The notes under the pieces: model-generated
The model's input: the letters and a program-made list of their open reading frames with translations, nothing else
Databases searched by the model: none
What the model was told of the DNA's origin: nothing
Made by a program: the position numbers and the translations under genes
Part shown: piece by piece, positions 16,485-25,354 of the stretch
Position numbering within the stretch: the first letter of the stretch is position 1
Layout of the letters: every line of letters starts with the position of its first letter
Assembly (NCBI GenBank): GCA_041659405.1
Contig: JBAZYK010000005.1
Span: 1,796-33,795 of the forward strand
Direction: 5' to 3'
Source of the DNA: Candidatus Altimarinota bacterium
GTDB taxonomy: Bacteria > Patescibacteriota > Gracilibacteria > UBA1369
Length of the DNA: 32,000 bases

Positions 16485-17189
16485 ATGGCAAAACATGGAA
16501 AAAAGTATCTAAAGGCTTCCGAGCTCGTAGATCAAAAGCTCAGCTATGATTTAACGCAGGCTGTAGAGCTTTTAAAGAAGACGGTAACATCTAAATTTGA
16601 TCCTAGTTTGGAAGTTCACCTTCGTTTGGGAGTTGATCCAACTCATGCTGATCAAATGGTTCGTTCTACCGTTGCTCTTCCACATGGAACAGGTAAAAAT
16701 GTTCGTGTGATCGCTTTTGTACAGGAAGACAAAGCTAAAGAGGCAAAAGAAGCCGGGGCAATTAAGGCCGGCATGGAAGAATTGATTGAAGAAATTCAAA
16801 AAGGTTTCTTGGATTTTGATGTTGCGGTTGCGACTCCGGATGCCATGAAGAGTTTATCAAAAGTTGCCAAGATCTTGGGTACAAAAGGTTTAATGCCTAA
16901 CCCAAAGGCTGGTACGGTTACTATGGATATCTCAAAAACAATCAAAGAAATCAAGAAAGGTAAAGTTGAATACAGAACTGACAAACAAGCCCAAATCCAC
17001 CAAATTTTTGGAAAGGCTTCCTTTACAGAAGATCAAATCAAAGACAACTTAAAGGCTTTCTTGAAGGCGATTGTGGATACAAAACCTGCAACCGTTAAAG
17101 GCACATACATCAGAAATATTGGTGTGGCTACAACTATGGGGCCTGGCATTCGCTTGGATGTTAGCAAGATTATGGCGGAGTTGAAATAA
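16485..17189 (+). CDS. rplA: 50S ribosomal protein L1
   Basis: LRLGVDPTHADQMVRSTVALPHGTGK; GTKGLMPNPKAGTV. Confidence 0.97.
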   Translation: MAKHGKKYLKASELVDQKLSYDLTQAVELLKKTVTSKFDPSLEVHLRLGVDPTHADQMVRSTVALPHGTGKNVRVIAFVQEDKAKEAKEAGAIKAGMEELIEEIQKGFLDFDVAVATPDAMKSLSKVAKILGTKGLMPNPKAGTVTMDISKTIKEIKKGKVEYRTDKQAQIHQIFGKASFTEDQIKDNLKAFLKAIVDTKPATVKGTYIRNIGVATTMGPGIRLDVSKIMAELK

Positions 17190-17248
17190 TCACAGAGTTA
17201 CGCGTTGTTGTTTAATTGGTGAAGGCGAAAAGGATTTATCTGAAATTT

Positions 17249-17283
17249 AAAAAAGAGGGCTCGGAAATGGGCTCTCTTTTTTT
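17249..17283 (+). terminator. Intrinsic terminator after rplA
   Basis: aaaaaagagggctc-ggaaat-gggctctctttttt, long stem with two G-U pairs; T7 tail. Confidence 0.8.
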
Positions 17284-17366
17284 GATGCTCCTTATTGTGA
17301 ACTTTTGTGCGGATAAAAACTCCAGCAACAGAATTGCTTTTCGCCGGCGAAGTCTGCTTAAACGAT

Positions 17367-17663
17367 TTATTGCTGGCTTTCCGCTCCCTGCGCGCCGCAT
17401 TTGTTGTAGACCAGATCCTGGAAATTGGTTTGGCCTTCTTCGAACATGATTTTGTATTGTTCTCCGTTTTTGCATTTAACTAAAATCGTATTACTGCCTG
17501 CTGAAGTCGTTTTTTCGACCTGGTTGGATTTTTCGAGCTGGCGCATGTTGGCATCCAGGCTGCTTCTTCCGCTGATCACATAATACACAACGGCGATTAA
17601 GCCTATTGTCAGGGCCAAAATCATAGGAAGCCAGTGTCTTAGATTGATGTTTTTAAGGTCCAT
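17367..17663 (-). CDS. Small single-pass membrane protein (hypothetical)
   Basis: 98 aa; TM HWLPMILALTIGLIAVVYYVI; same strand and adjacent to the DUF1385 gene. Confidence 0.6.
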   Translation of the reverse strand: MDLKNINLRHWLPMILALTIGLIAVVYYVISGRSSLDANMRQLEKSNQVEKTTSAGSNTILVKCKNGEQYKIMFEEGQTNFQDLVYNKCGAQGAESQQ

Positions 17664-17686
17664 AATTTTTGAATTTATGATTTAGT

Positions 17687-18814
17687 TTATGCCACGTCGA
17701 CCGCGGTTTCTAAAGCCGGTGTGAGTTTGATTTTCTCCAGTTCAAGCGCTCTTTTTAGAGATGTTAAAGCCACTTCCAACTGCTGATCGTCCGGTTCCTG
17801 AGTTGTTAAGCGCTGAAACATCAGTCCAGGAAAAGTTACAAGTTTAACCAAAGAATGGTCGGAATATTTGGCGCTCCACTTTAAAACTTCATAAGAAACT
17901 CCGGCAATCAAAGGCAAAAACAACAAACGAAGGCTGAAGTTCATGTAAAAATCAGGTTGGCGTGGCACAAAAGTATAAATAAAAATACTCAACAAAAAAA
18001 CCACCATAATAAAACTGGTTCCGCAGCGGGGATGAAAACGGATTTGTTTTTTGGCATTTTCAACTGTTAATTCCAGGCCTTTTTCATAGGTAAAAATGGA
18101 TTTATGTTCCGCGCCATGATATTGAAAAACGCGATGCATGCTCTTGGTTAAGCCCAAAAGTCCAATATAAACCACGAAAAATGTCGTCTTGATAACGCCA
18201 TCAATAAAATTAAATAAAAGATAGTTGTCATTAATTGTGGGAAATTTTTTGCTGAGAAAATCGGTGATATAAAGTGGAATAAATTTGAACAACAAAATGC
18301 TGAACCCAAGCGCGAAAACGAGTGAGAGAACGATGGAGATAACGCCGCCGGCGGAGGAGGTTTGTGCCGTAGATTGATCTTTTGCTGCCGTTTTTTGCAG
18401 GGCATTTGCATCGGCATTCATCGTGGTCTTATTCGGATTCTTTTCGGTGTCAGCCTCGACCTCTTCCATGCTTTCCGCAGCGGAAAAATTTACCATGCGC
18501 ATACCAACTATCATCATTTCAAAAAGATTTACAACTCCGCGCACAAAAGGAATTCCCAGTAATTTTATGCGGGCGCCAATCCCCTGAAATTTTTCTTCTT
18601 TGAGTTTGATTTCACCGTTTAGTTTGCGAACGGCAACGGTCACAAAATTCGGCGAGCGCATCATGACGCCTTCTATTACCGCTTGGCCGCCAACTGCAAA
18701 GTCGATTCTAGGAAACGGTGATTGTCCCGCTTGTGCTGAAGAAGATTTTGCTTTGCTTGCTGTCGAAGTATGCCTATCGTGCGTAGCGGAATTATTTTTC
18801 ATTAATAGTTGCAA
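17687..18814 (-). CDS. DUF1385 family membrane protein (YqhQ-like)
   Basis: VGGQAVIEGVMMRSPN, FVRGVVNLFEMMIVGMR, YHGAEHKSIFTYE, HPRCGTSFI..V motifs. Confidence 0.9.
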   Translation of the reverse strand: MQLLMKNNSATHDRHTSTASKAKSSSAQAGQSPFPRIDFAVGGQAVIEGVMMRSPNFVTVAVRKLNGEIKLKEEKFQGIGARIKLLGIPFVRGVVNLFEMMIVGMRMVNFSAAESMEEVEADTEKNPNKTTMNADANALQKTAAKDQSTAQTSSAGGVISIVLSLVFALGFSILLFKFIPLYITDFLSKKFPTINDNYLLFNFIDGVIKTTFFVVYIGLLGLTKSMHRVFQYHGAEHKSIFTYEKGLELTVENAKKQIRFHPRCGTSFIMVVFLLSIFIYTFVPRQPDFYMNFSLRLLFLPLIAGVSYEVLKWSAKYSDHSLVKLVTFPGLMFQRLTTQEPDDQQLEVALTSLKRALELEKIKLTPALETAVDVA

Positions 18815-19028
18815 TATGTGCTTTAAAGATCGCGGTTATTTTAACATATCAGTGGCACTTGTGCATGTAAAAGTGGCCAGAAATATGTTTGAGCGCAAAC
18901 TGCCAGTCTATGCCAATTCGTTCACAATGCGGCTACAAAGCGTCAGCTTTGGCCTGAGATAAGCCTTCGTCGAGCTCTCGCCAGCTGCTCACTGCTCCAT
19001 TATTGGCTTTCAGCAGCCCTGAATTTAT

Positions 19029-20426
19029 TTACGATTTGGTCGGCGCCAACCTGAATCCATTCACGATTTGATCGACCTGAAACTTTGGTTCGTTTTCATC
19101 TGCTGTAAGCCTTAATCCCCAAAATTTCGGATTAAATTCTTCGTTTTTGATGAGTCCAAGATGCGCCAGCCGTTCATGATTTTTGCAGAGTGAAACAATG
19201 AATTCCGGATCGTGATTTGGGACGAGTTTGAATCTTCTAGTGTGATGGTCGATGTTGGCGGGTTGTTTGCAGTCAGGAAATCCGCACATCTCCTGATAAA
19301 TTTGCTTGATGTAGCGCTGCACGCGAGCCGGAATATGCCGCGTTGATTTTTCCGGCAGTGATTTTTGGATTTCTTCTTTGGTGAGGGACGGCTTTTGCTT
19401 TTTAGCTTTTTTTTGCGCGCTGATTTTGCGAACACCACCTATCGCACCCGCACCTTCTTTTGCGCTTGGCTCAGCAGTGTGGGCGCTTGGAACTTTCTGC
19501 TCCGCACACACATGCTTGCTCGCACCTTGCCCCGCAACTTTTTGTGCGCACACATGCTCCTGCGCTTGCACTGCGATCTTTAAAAATTCCTGCATGACTT
19601 CGTTCCAATCCACCGGCTGCTTTTTTTCTTTTTCCAGTTTGAATTTAAAAAGTCTGAGTTGTTTTTCAATATCGGTCGTGACTTTGAAGGACATGTTGTT
19701 TCGTTGTTGCGATTCAGCTCGCCCATCGTCATTTTCCAAAAATCCTGTTTCCTGATTCATGAAAAGTCCCCCGGGGGACTTTCCCAAAATCGCCGATTCT
19801 TCTCTTTCTGAAGCCGAAATTTCCGGATTACCGAAATCGATTGTAAACTGTTTTCCTACCTTAGCAACAGGCGCATTTCCACGTTCCTCGCTACAATCAG
19901 CGCCATCACGCTCCTCCGCTTTCAGCAGATCGTCCTGCTTTTTCATCTCCTGCACAAACGTTTCAAGTGTTGATTTGCTCATACTTTCGACCTTTTCTTT
20001 CCAAAATTCTTGAGTTTCAACTGTTGCAACATTACTGATCACGCCGAGTTTGCTCCAGCCCTGCTCAGCAATTAAAGCTTGCAACAATGGCTTATCCTGC
20101 AACTTTTCATTCACTTTCAAAACTTTTAAAACCGCTTTTTTCGAAAGCCCGCCAACCACTGCGGCATAATGACAAATTGTCTGAAATTTATGTTCCAAAA
20201 ATAGTTTTCTTTTGTTGATTTCCGGCAAAAACGCGGCAAATTCTTTTTGTGCTTTGCGGCTTTGCGCGCCGAACCGCTGCGCTGTTTGATGCAGTTCTTT
20301 ATTTGGAAGTTTTTCGATTTCGGCCGGAGTGAGAAAGTGCGCGCCAGTAATTTTTAAAAAGTTTGTTGTGCCAGTTTGGGAAGATTTTTCTGTGGCAGCC
20401 CTTGAAAATTTTTCAGTTTGAATCAT
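19029..20426 (-). CDS. HNH endonuclease domain-containing protein
   Basis: 465 aa; CGFPDCKQPANIDHHTRRF...NHDPEFIVSLCKNHERLAH. Confidence 0.8.
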   Translation of the reverse strand: MIQTEKFSRAATEKSSQTGTTNFLKITGAHFLTPAEIEKLPNKELHQTAQRFGAQSRKAQKEFAAFLPEINKRKLFLEHKFQTICHYAAVVGGLSKKAVLKVLKVNEKLQDKPLLQALIAEQGWSKLGVISNVATVETQEFWKEKVESMSKSTLETFVQEMKKQDDLLKAEERDGADCSEERGNAPVAKVGKQFTIDFGNPEISASEREESAILGKSPGGLFMNQETGFLENDDGRAESQQRNNMSFKVTTDIEKQLRLFKFKLEKEKKQPVDWNEVMQEFLKIAVQAQEHVCAQKVAGQGASKHVCAEQKVPSAHTAEPSAKEGAGAIGGVRKISAQKKAKKQKPSLTKEEIQKSLPEKSTRHIPARVQRYIKQIYQEMCGFPDCKQPANIDHHTRRFKLVPNHDPEFIVSLCKNHERLAHLGLIKNEEFNPKFWGLRLTADENEPKFQVDQIVNGFRLAPTKS

Positions 20427-20788
20427 ATCAATTTTTCGTTAAGTAATAATTTTATTTTTCTGTGATTTTTTTAAAAACTTATGCGAAAGTTTTTTTGAAA
20501 ATCCCGGACTCTTTTGAGACTAAATTCTCTCAAATAATAAAAAACAAAACAAGTCTAAAATGGCTCAAACAAGATATTAAAACACAATTCTTCGGCTTCA
20601 TGACCGCACTCAAAATCATCCAAAAAATTAAACCACTTTTATCATTAAAATTTTCGACTTAAAACTCAACAAACACAAAAATCCGAAGACATTTTCAATC
20701 CAACCTCCAATCCCGATTTCACAACAAGCAAAGAAGAGAAAATTCCGGCATAAAATGAGTCAAGGCAAAAAACTCAGCTTTTCGCACT

Positions 20789-20825
20789 TGACGTATGGGG
20801 GGGGGTATTGTGTTAACATAATACG
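20789..20825 (+). promoter_or_regulatory. Candidate promoter with a G8 homopolymer in the spacer, upstream of 20914-21507
   Basis: TTGACG (20789-20794) then tatggggggggtattgtgttaacataatacg; the -10 (TTAACA, TAACAT or ATAATA) is not unambiguous. Confidence 0.4.
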
Positions 20826-20913
20826 ATAACCAGCTCGCAGCTATGAAGCTGCTAAAGTCGGAGTTGGTAAATCACAGTAAATAACAATTTTAATTTTTTT
20901 TACTTACAAAAAT

Positions 20914-21507
20914 ATGAAAAACAAAAATCTTTTATATGCATTAGGCGGAGTCGTTGGTGTCGCAGCCATTGCCGTAGTCATTATGCTTTCCCTAAACAGC
21001 GGAAGCAATTTAAAGGGAATGTTACCCGGCGGTTATAAGGATGATACATTTGGTGGACGACTACCATCCGCAACTTCAGATTTAAAGCTTGCACCTACTA
21101 AAGAGGTAACAAATAATCCCGTTTCGAAGACACTAGGCCCTGTAATCACTAACCTGATTATAAGTAAGGATCCATTTGATTTAAGAAGTGGAAGCGTGAC
21201 TTTTAGTGCAGACATAAAAAATGACAATAAAAATGTAGCTTTTATGGTTTATGGTTATAAAAAAGGAACTACTACTTTTGCTTGTGAAGATGGTGCCCCA
21301 GGTCAGGGGAACTTGTTAACTAGATCCAATGGAAAAGTTACCTGCACGTGGAATGGTAGAGATGAAAATGGAAATTTTGTTACACCTGGAAATTATTCTC
21401 TTAATGTGCAAGTTTTCACAGGAGGCGCAGTATGGTCCTTCGATAAATCCAAAGATTTCAAAATTATTGATTCAAGGATCAATGCACCAAAAGTCTTAAT
21501 AAAATAA
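20914..21507 (+). CDS. Membrane-anchored protein with a FlgD-Ig-like domain
   Basis: N-term TM LLYALGGVVGVAAIAVVIML; CTWNGRDENGNFVTPGNYSLNVQVF typical FlgD-Ig strand. Confidence 0.8.
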   Translation: MKNKNLLYALGGVVGVAAIAVVIMLSLNSGSNLKGMLPGGYKDDTFGGRLPSATSDLKLAPTKEVTNNPVSKTLGPVITNLIISKDPFDLRSGSVTFSADIKNDNKNVAFMVYGYKKGTTTFACEDGAPGQGNLLTRSNGKVTCTWNGRDENGNFVTPGNYSLNVQVFTGGAVWSFDKSKDFKIIDSRINAPKVLIK

Positions 21508-21524
21508 TTAATTCCGTTTAACTC

Positions 21525-21562
21525 AAAATCCCATGATGAATTTGCATTGTGGGATTTTTTTT
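21525..21562 (+). terminator. Intrinsic terminator after 20914-21507
   Basis: aaaatccca-N-tgggatttttttt hairpin with T-tract. Confidence 0.75.
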
Positions 21563-21690
21563 ATTTATATCATGATTTTGTGATTTGAGGCTGCTCACCT
21601 TGAGCTCGCTGGAATTTTGCTGTAATTTGGCGGTGGCGGAAAACCTTGGCATCAAAACGCCTACCGACCTAAATTCAAAATCTCACCTTT

Positions 21691-22134
21691 ATGAAAGTAA
21701 CTTTAAAAAGAATCGACTGCGGGCTTCCTTTACCCAAATATGAGACGGATGGGGCGGTTGGGTTTGATCTTTTGGCGCGTGTTGATGCAGAAATCGCCCC
21801 GGGGAAATTGGCTTTGATTCCGGGAAATATTATTGTGGAAGTCCCGCGCGGATACATGTTGATGATCGCTTCGCGCAGCTCTCTTCCTAAAAAGAAGGGC
21901 TTGCTGACTCCGCATGGACTGGGAATTATTGATCACGATTATTGTGGGCCGGATGATGAAATTCACGTTCAGGTTTATAATTTTACCGATGTGCCGGTTA
22001 CGGTTGCGCGTGGCGAAAAAATTGCTCAGGGAGTTTTTGTGCGTGTTGATAAGTTTGAGTTTGATGAGGTTGCCGAGATGAAAAAGCCAAGTCGTGGCGG
22101 GTTTGGGAGTACTGGCGGATATCAGGCGCAATAA
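21691..22134 (+). CDS. dut: dUTP diphosphatase (dUTPase)
   Basis: DGAVGFDLLA, ASRSSL, GLGIIDHDYCG, GEKIAQGVF, RGGFGSTGG motifs. Confidence 0.95.
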   Translation: MKVTLKRIDCGLPLPKYETDGAVGFDLLARVDAEIAPGKLALIPGNIIVEVPRGYMLMIASRSSLPKKKGLLTPHGLGIIDHDYCGPDDEIHVQVYNFTDVPVTVARGEKIAQGVFVRVDKFEFDEVAEMKKPSRGGFGSTGGYQAQ

Positions 22135-22190
22135 AGTTTGCAGGATAGATTTGTAAATGCGGCAATTGTTATTTTTTATGAATATCGACG

Positions 22191-22787
22191 ATGCAGGGAA
22201 AATTTATTACCATTTACGGCATCAATAACATTGGAAAATCCACGCAGGCGGCAAGGCTTGTGGAAAGACTCAAGCGTGCAAATATTGACGTGGTGCTTTT
22301 GAAATATCCGATTTATGATTTGGAGCCGACCGGTCCGAAGATCAATAAAATCTTAAGAGAAAGCCAAGAACAGCCGATTACCGAGGCGGAATTGCAAACT
22401 CTTTTTACGCAGAATCGTAAAGATTTTGAACCAACGCTAAAAAAAATGTTGGCGGATGGCAAAATTGTAATTGCGGAAGATTATATCGGGACCGGAATCG
22501 CTTGGGGAACGGCCAAAGGACTGGATTTAAATTGGAGCGAAAACCTGAATAAAGACTTGCTGCGTGAAGATTTGGCGATTTTGCTTATTGGGCAGCGCGA
22601 TTTGCGTGCTCAGGAAAAACATCATCTACATGAGCAAAACGAGCCACTTGTTCAGAAAGTGGCGGGAAATCTGCTTAATCTGGCGAAAAAATATGGTTGG
22701 AAGGTTATTCAGGTTCAGCCGGAAATGGAAGATACCGCGGAACTTATTTGGAAAGAACTCGCCGACTTTCGTTTTGGAAAAGCCTAA
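22191..22787 (+). CDS. tmk: Thymidylate kinase-like P-loop kinase (divergent)
   Basis: FITIYGINNIGKSTQAARLVERL Walker A; position beside dut; DR(Y) motif replaced (AEDYIGTGIAWG). Confidence 0.7.
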   Translation: MQGKFITIYGINNIGKSTQAARLVERLKRANIDVVLLKYPIYDLEPTGPKINKILRESQEQPITEAELQTLFTQNRKDFEPTLKKMLADGKIVIAEDYIGTGIAWGTAKGLDLNWSENLNKDLLREDLAILLIGQRDLRAQEKHHLHEQNEPLVQKVAGNLLNLAKKYGWKVIQVQPEMEDTAELIWKELADFRFGKA

Positions 22788-22870
22788 AATCTGGCTTGTA
22801 ATCCTCTAAAAAGCGTGTTAGGATCTAAGCGCTTTCCTCAAAAAAGCTTTTATTTACCACCCGCAATTCC

Positions 22871-23731
22871 ATGCAACTCCTGGATGGAAAAAAAGTTTCC
22901 GCAGAGATCTATCAAAATCTCCACGGGGAAGTTTTAAGTTTAAAAAAGCAGGGTGTGAATTCTAAATTGGTGATTATTTTGGTTGGAGAAGACCCGGCTT
23001 CTTTGTCTTACATTAAACAAAAAGTTAAGGCTTCGGAAGTGGTCGGCATCGATTCGGAACTGGTAAAATTGAATCCGGAAGAAGTCACGACTGAAAGTTT
23101 GATCGAGATGATCCACAAAATGAATGAAAATCCCGCAATTCAGGGCATTTTGGTGCAGTTGCCACTACCAAAACATGTTTATGAGCCGGATGTGGTTAAA
23201 GCGGTCGATCCTAAAAAAGACGTGGACGGTTTTACGGCTTACAACCTTGGAAAAATGTTCCTGAGTAAAGATTTTGAAGAACTTGTTCCGTGCACTCCAA
23301 TGGGTGTTATCCGGCTTCTGGAATACTATAAAATCCCGGTTGAGGGCAAAAATGTGACCATGGTTGGCTCCAGCAATATTGTGGGAAAACCGATGGCCGT
23401 AATGTTGATGAACAGGCGTGCGACTGTGACTGTTTGCAATAGCAGGACTAAAGATTTGGCTTCAAATACGAAAAATGCCGATATTTTGATTGTGGCTGTG
23501 GGTAAAATTAAACTGATAACCGCGGACATGGTTAAAGAAGGCGCGGTTGTAGTTGATGTAGGCATGAATCGCAATGAAGAGGGAAAACTTTGTGGCGATG
23601 TCGATTTTGAAAATGTCAGTAAAAAAGTTTCGTTTATTACTCCTGTTCCGGGTGGTTGCGGGCCAATGACCGTGGCTTGTTTAATGGAAAATATGGTGCG
23701 AGCGATGAAGAGGAAGCAGGATTTAGGATGA
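22871..23731 (+). CDS. folD: Bifunctional methylenetetrahydrofolate dehydrogenase/cyclohydrolase
   Basis: VGEDPASLSYIKQKVKA, GILVQLPLP, DPKKDVDGF, PCTPMGV, GSSNIVGKP, PGGCGPMT. Confidence 0.95.
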   Translation: MQLLDGKKVSAEIYQNLHGEVLSLKKQGVNSKLVIILVGEDPASLSYIKQKVKASEVVGIDSELVKLNPEEVTTESLIEMIHKMNENPAIQGILVQLPLPKHVYEPDVVKAVDPKKDVDGFTAYNLGKMFLSKDFEELVPCTPMGVIRLLEYYKIPVEGKNVTMVGSSNIVGKPMAVMLMNRRATVTVCNSRTKDLASNTKNADILIVAVGKIKLITADMVKEGAVVVDVGMNRNEEGKLCGDVDFENVSKKVSFITPVPGGCGPMTVACLMENMVRAMKRKQDLG

Positions 23732-23812
23732 AGGAAAAATGAAACAGGCAGTGTGGAATGTAGAAAGCAAACATTCCTAATTACTAATTATTAATTACTA
23801 ATTATCTAAACT

Positions 23813-25318
23813 ATGTGTGGAATTCTCGGCATTATGGCCAATGAACCTGTGGCACAACAGCTCTTTGATGGGTTGACCGGCTTGCAGCATCGCGGGCAGG
23901 ATTCCGCGGGAATTATGACCTATGAAGACCATTTCAACCTGAAAAAGGGTAATGGCCTGGTTCGTGACGTTTTTCACACCAAAAACATGATGCGTTTGCG
24001 TGGAAATATGGGCATCGGGCACGTGCGTTATCCAACAGCAGGAAGCAATGATGCGGCCGAAGCTCAGCCTTTTTATGTTAACTCCCCTTTTGGACTTTCG
24101 CTGATCCACAACGGAAATTTAACCAACTATGATGAACTTAAACAGGAAGTTTTAAGAGTTGATTTGCGTCATTTAAATACAAAATCCGATTCCGAACTTT
24201 TGTTAAATGTTTTGGCAACGGCTTTGCGTGGCATTAAAACCACAGTTTTGACTCCGGAAAAAATCTTTGAAGCCATGGAAAGCGTTTTTAAGCGTCTAAA
24301 AGGCAGTTATTGCGTAATTGCTTTGATTGCTGATTACGGTATGTTGGCTTTTAGGGATCCTTATGGCATTCGTCCGCTGGCATTTGGAAAGCGCGATCAT
24401 AATCTGATGCAGGAATACATTATCGCTTCTGAAACAGTGGCAATTGATACTTTGGGCTTTGATTTTGTGAGTGATATTCAGCCCGGTGAAGTGATTTTTA
24501 TTGATATGAAGCGCAATGTGCACCGCAAGAATCTTGCCAAGCCAAAGTGGGCTCCCTGTATTTTTGAACACGTTTATTTGGCCCGCCCCGACTCGATTAT
24601 GGACAATGTGAGTGTGTATAAAACACGTTTGCGCATGGGCGTAAAATTGGCTCAAAAAATTAAAAAAGCAAATCTGGATATTGATGTGGTGGTTCCCGTG
24701 CCGGATTCTTCCAGAAGTGCGGCTTTGCCATTGGCGCAGGAGCTGGGCGTAAAGTACCGTGAAGGTCTGGTTAAAAACCGCTATATTGGGCGAACATTTA
24801 TTATGCCGGGCCAGGAGATCCGCAAAAAATCCATTCATTATAAATTGAATACCATCAAATTGGAGCTTAGAAATCGCAATGTTTTGCTTGTTGATGACTC
24901 GATTGTGCGTGGAAATACTTCAAAAAGAATTATTCAAATGGTGCGTGATGCCGGAGCCAAGAACGTGTATTTTGCTTCATGCGCACCTCCGCTAATCAGT
25001 CCCTGTGTTTATGGTGTTGATTTGCCGTCAAAACATGAATTTGTAGCGCATGAACTTTCGACTGATGAAATCTGCAAAGTGATTGGCGCCGATGCGCTGT
25101 TTTATCAGGATATGCAGGATTTGTTGGATTCCGCCCAGGAAGGAAATCCTAAAATTACCGGCTTCTGTCATGCCTGTATGAACGGTAAATATCCAACTCC
25201 GGAAGTTACAAAGGAGCTGTTGGATAAGGCCGAAGCAACCCGTGGCGCAATGCAAAAAGCTGAAAACGTGGGTGATTCAGGCGATGATATTAAAGATGAA
25301 CAACTAACTTTGATTTAA
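23813..25318 (+). CDS. purF: Amidophosphoribosyltransferase
   Basis: MCGILGI N-terminal nucleophile, LQHRGQDSAGI, GHVRYPTAG, VVPVPDSSRSAALPLAQELG, LLVDDSIVRGNT. Confidence 0.98.
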   Translation: MCGILGIMANEPVAQQLFDGLTGLQHRGQDSAGIMTYEDHFNLKKGNGLVRDVFHTKNMMRLRGNMGIGHVRYPTAGSNDAAEAQPFYVNSPFGLSLIHNGNLTNYDELKQEVLRVDLRHLNTKSDSELLLNVLATALRGIKTTVLTPEKIFEAMESVFKRLKGSYCVIALIADYGMLAFRDPYGIRPLAFGKRDHNLMQEYIIASETVAIDTLGFDFVSDIQPGEVIFIDMKRNVHRKNLAKPKWAPCIFEHVYLARPDSIMDNVSVYKTRLRMGVKLAQKIKKANLDIDVVVPVPDSSRSAALPLAQELGVKYREGLVKNRYIGRTFIMPGQEIRKKSIHYKLNTIKLELRNRNVLLVDDSIVRGNTSKRIIQMVRDAGAKNVYFASCAPPLISPCVYGVDLPSKHEFVAHELSTDEICKVIGADALFYQDMQDLLDSAQEGNPKITGFCHACMNGKYPTPEVTKELLDKAEATRGAMQKAENVGDSGDDIKDEQLTLI

Positions 25319-25354
25319 TAGTCGTCCGCCATTCTTAATTCGTAATTCGTCCAA

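Noticed and set aside
19365-20013. Plus-strand ORFs over the HNH gene (126 aa, 84 aa, 72 aa)
   Set aside because: Shadow ORFs antisense to the better-supported HNH protein.
17367-20426. Phage-defence island (HNH + small membrane protein + GIY-YIG/DUF4143 ATPase elsewhere)
   Set aside because: Genes are not clustered as an operon, housekeeping genes intervene, and no defence-specific effector or sensor pairing is visible.
20462-20662. 66-aa plus-strand ORF
   Set aside because: AT-rich intergenic, no motif, no start context; not enough support.
24296-24838. 180-aa minus-strand ORF
   Set aside because: Fully antisense to purF, whose identity is unambiguous.
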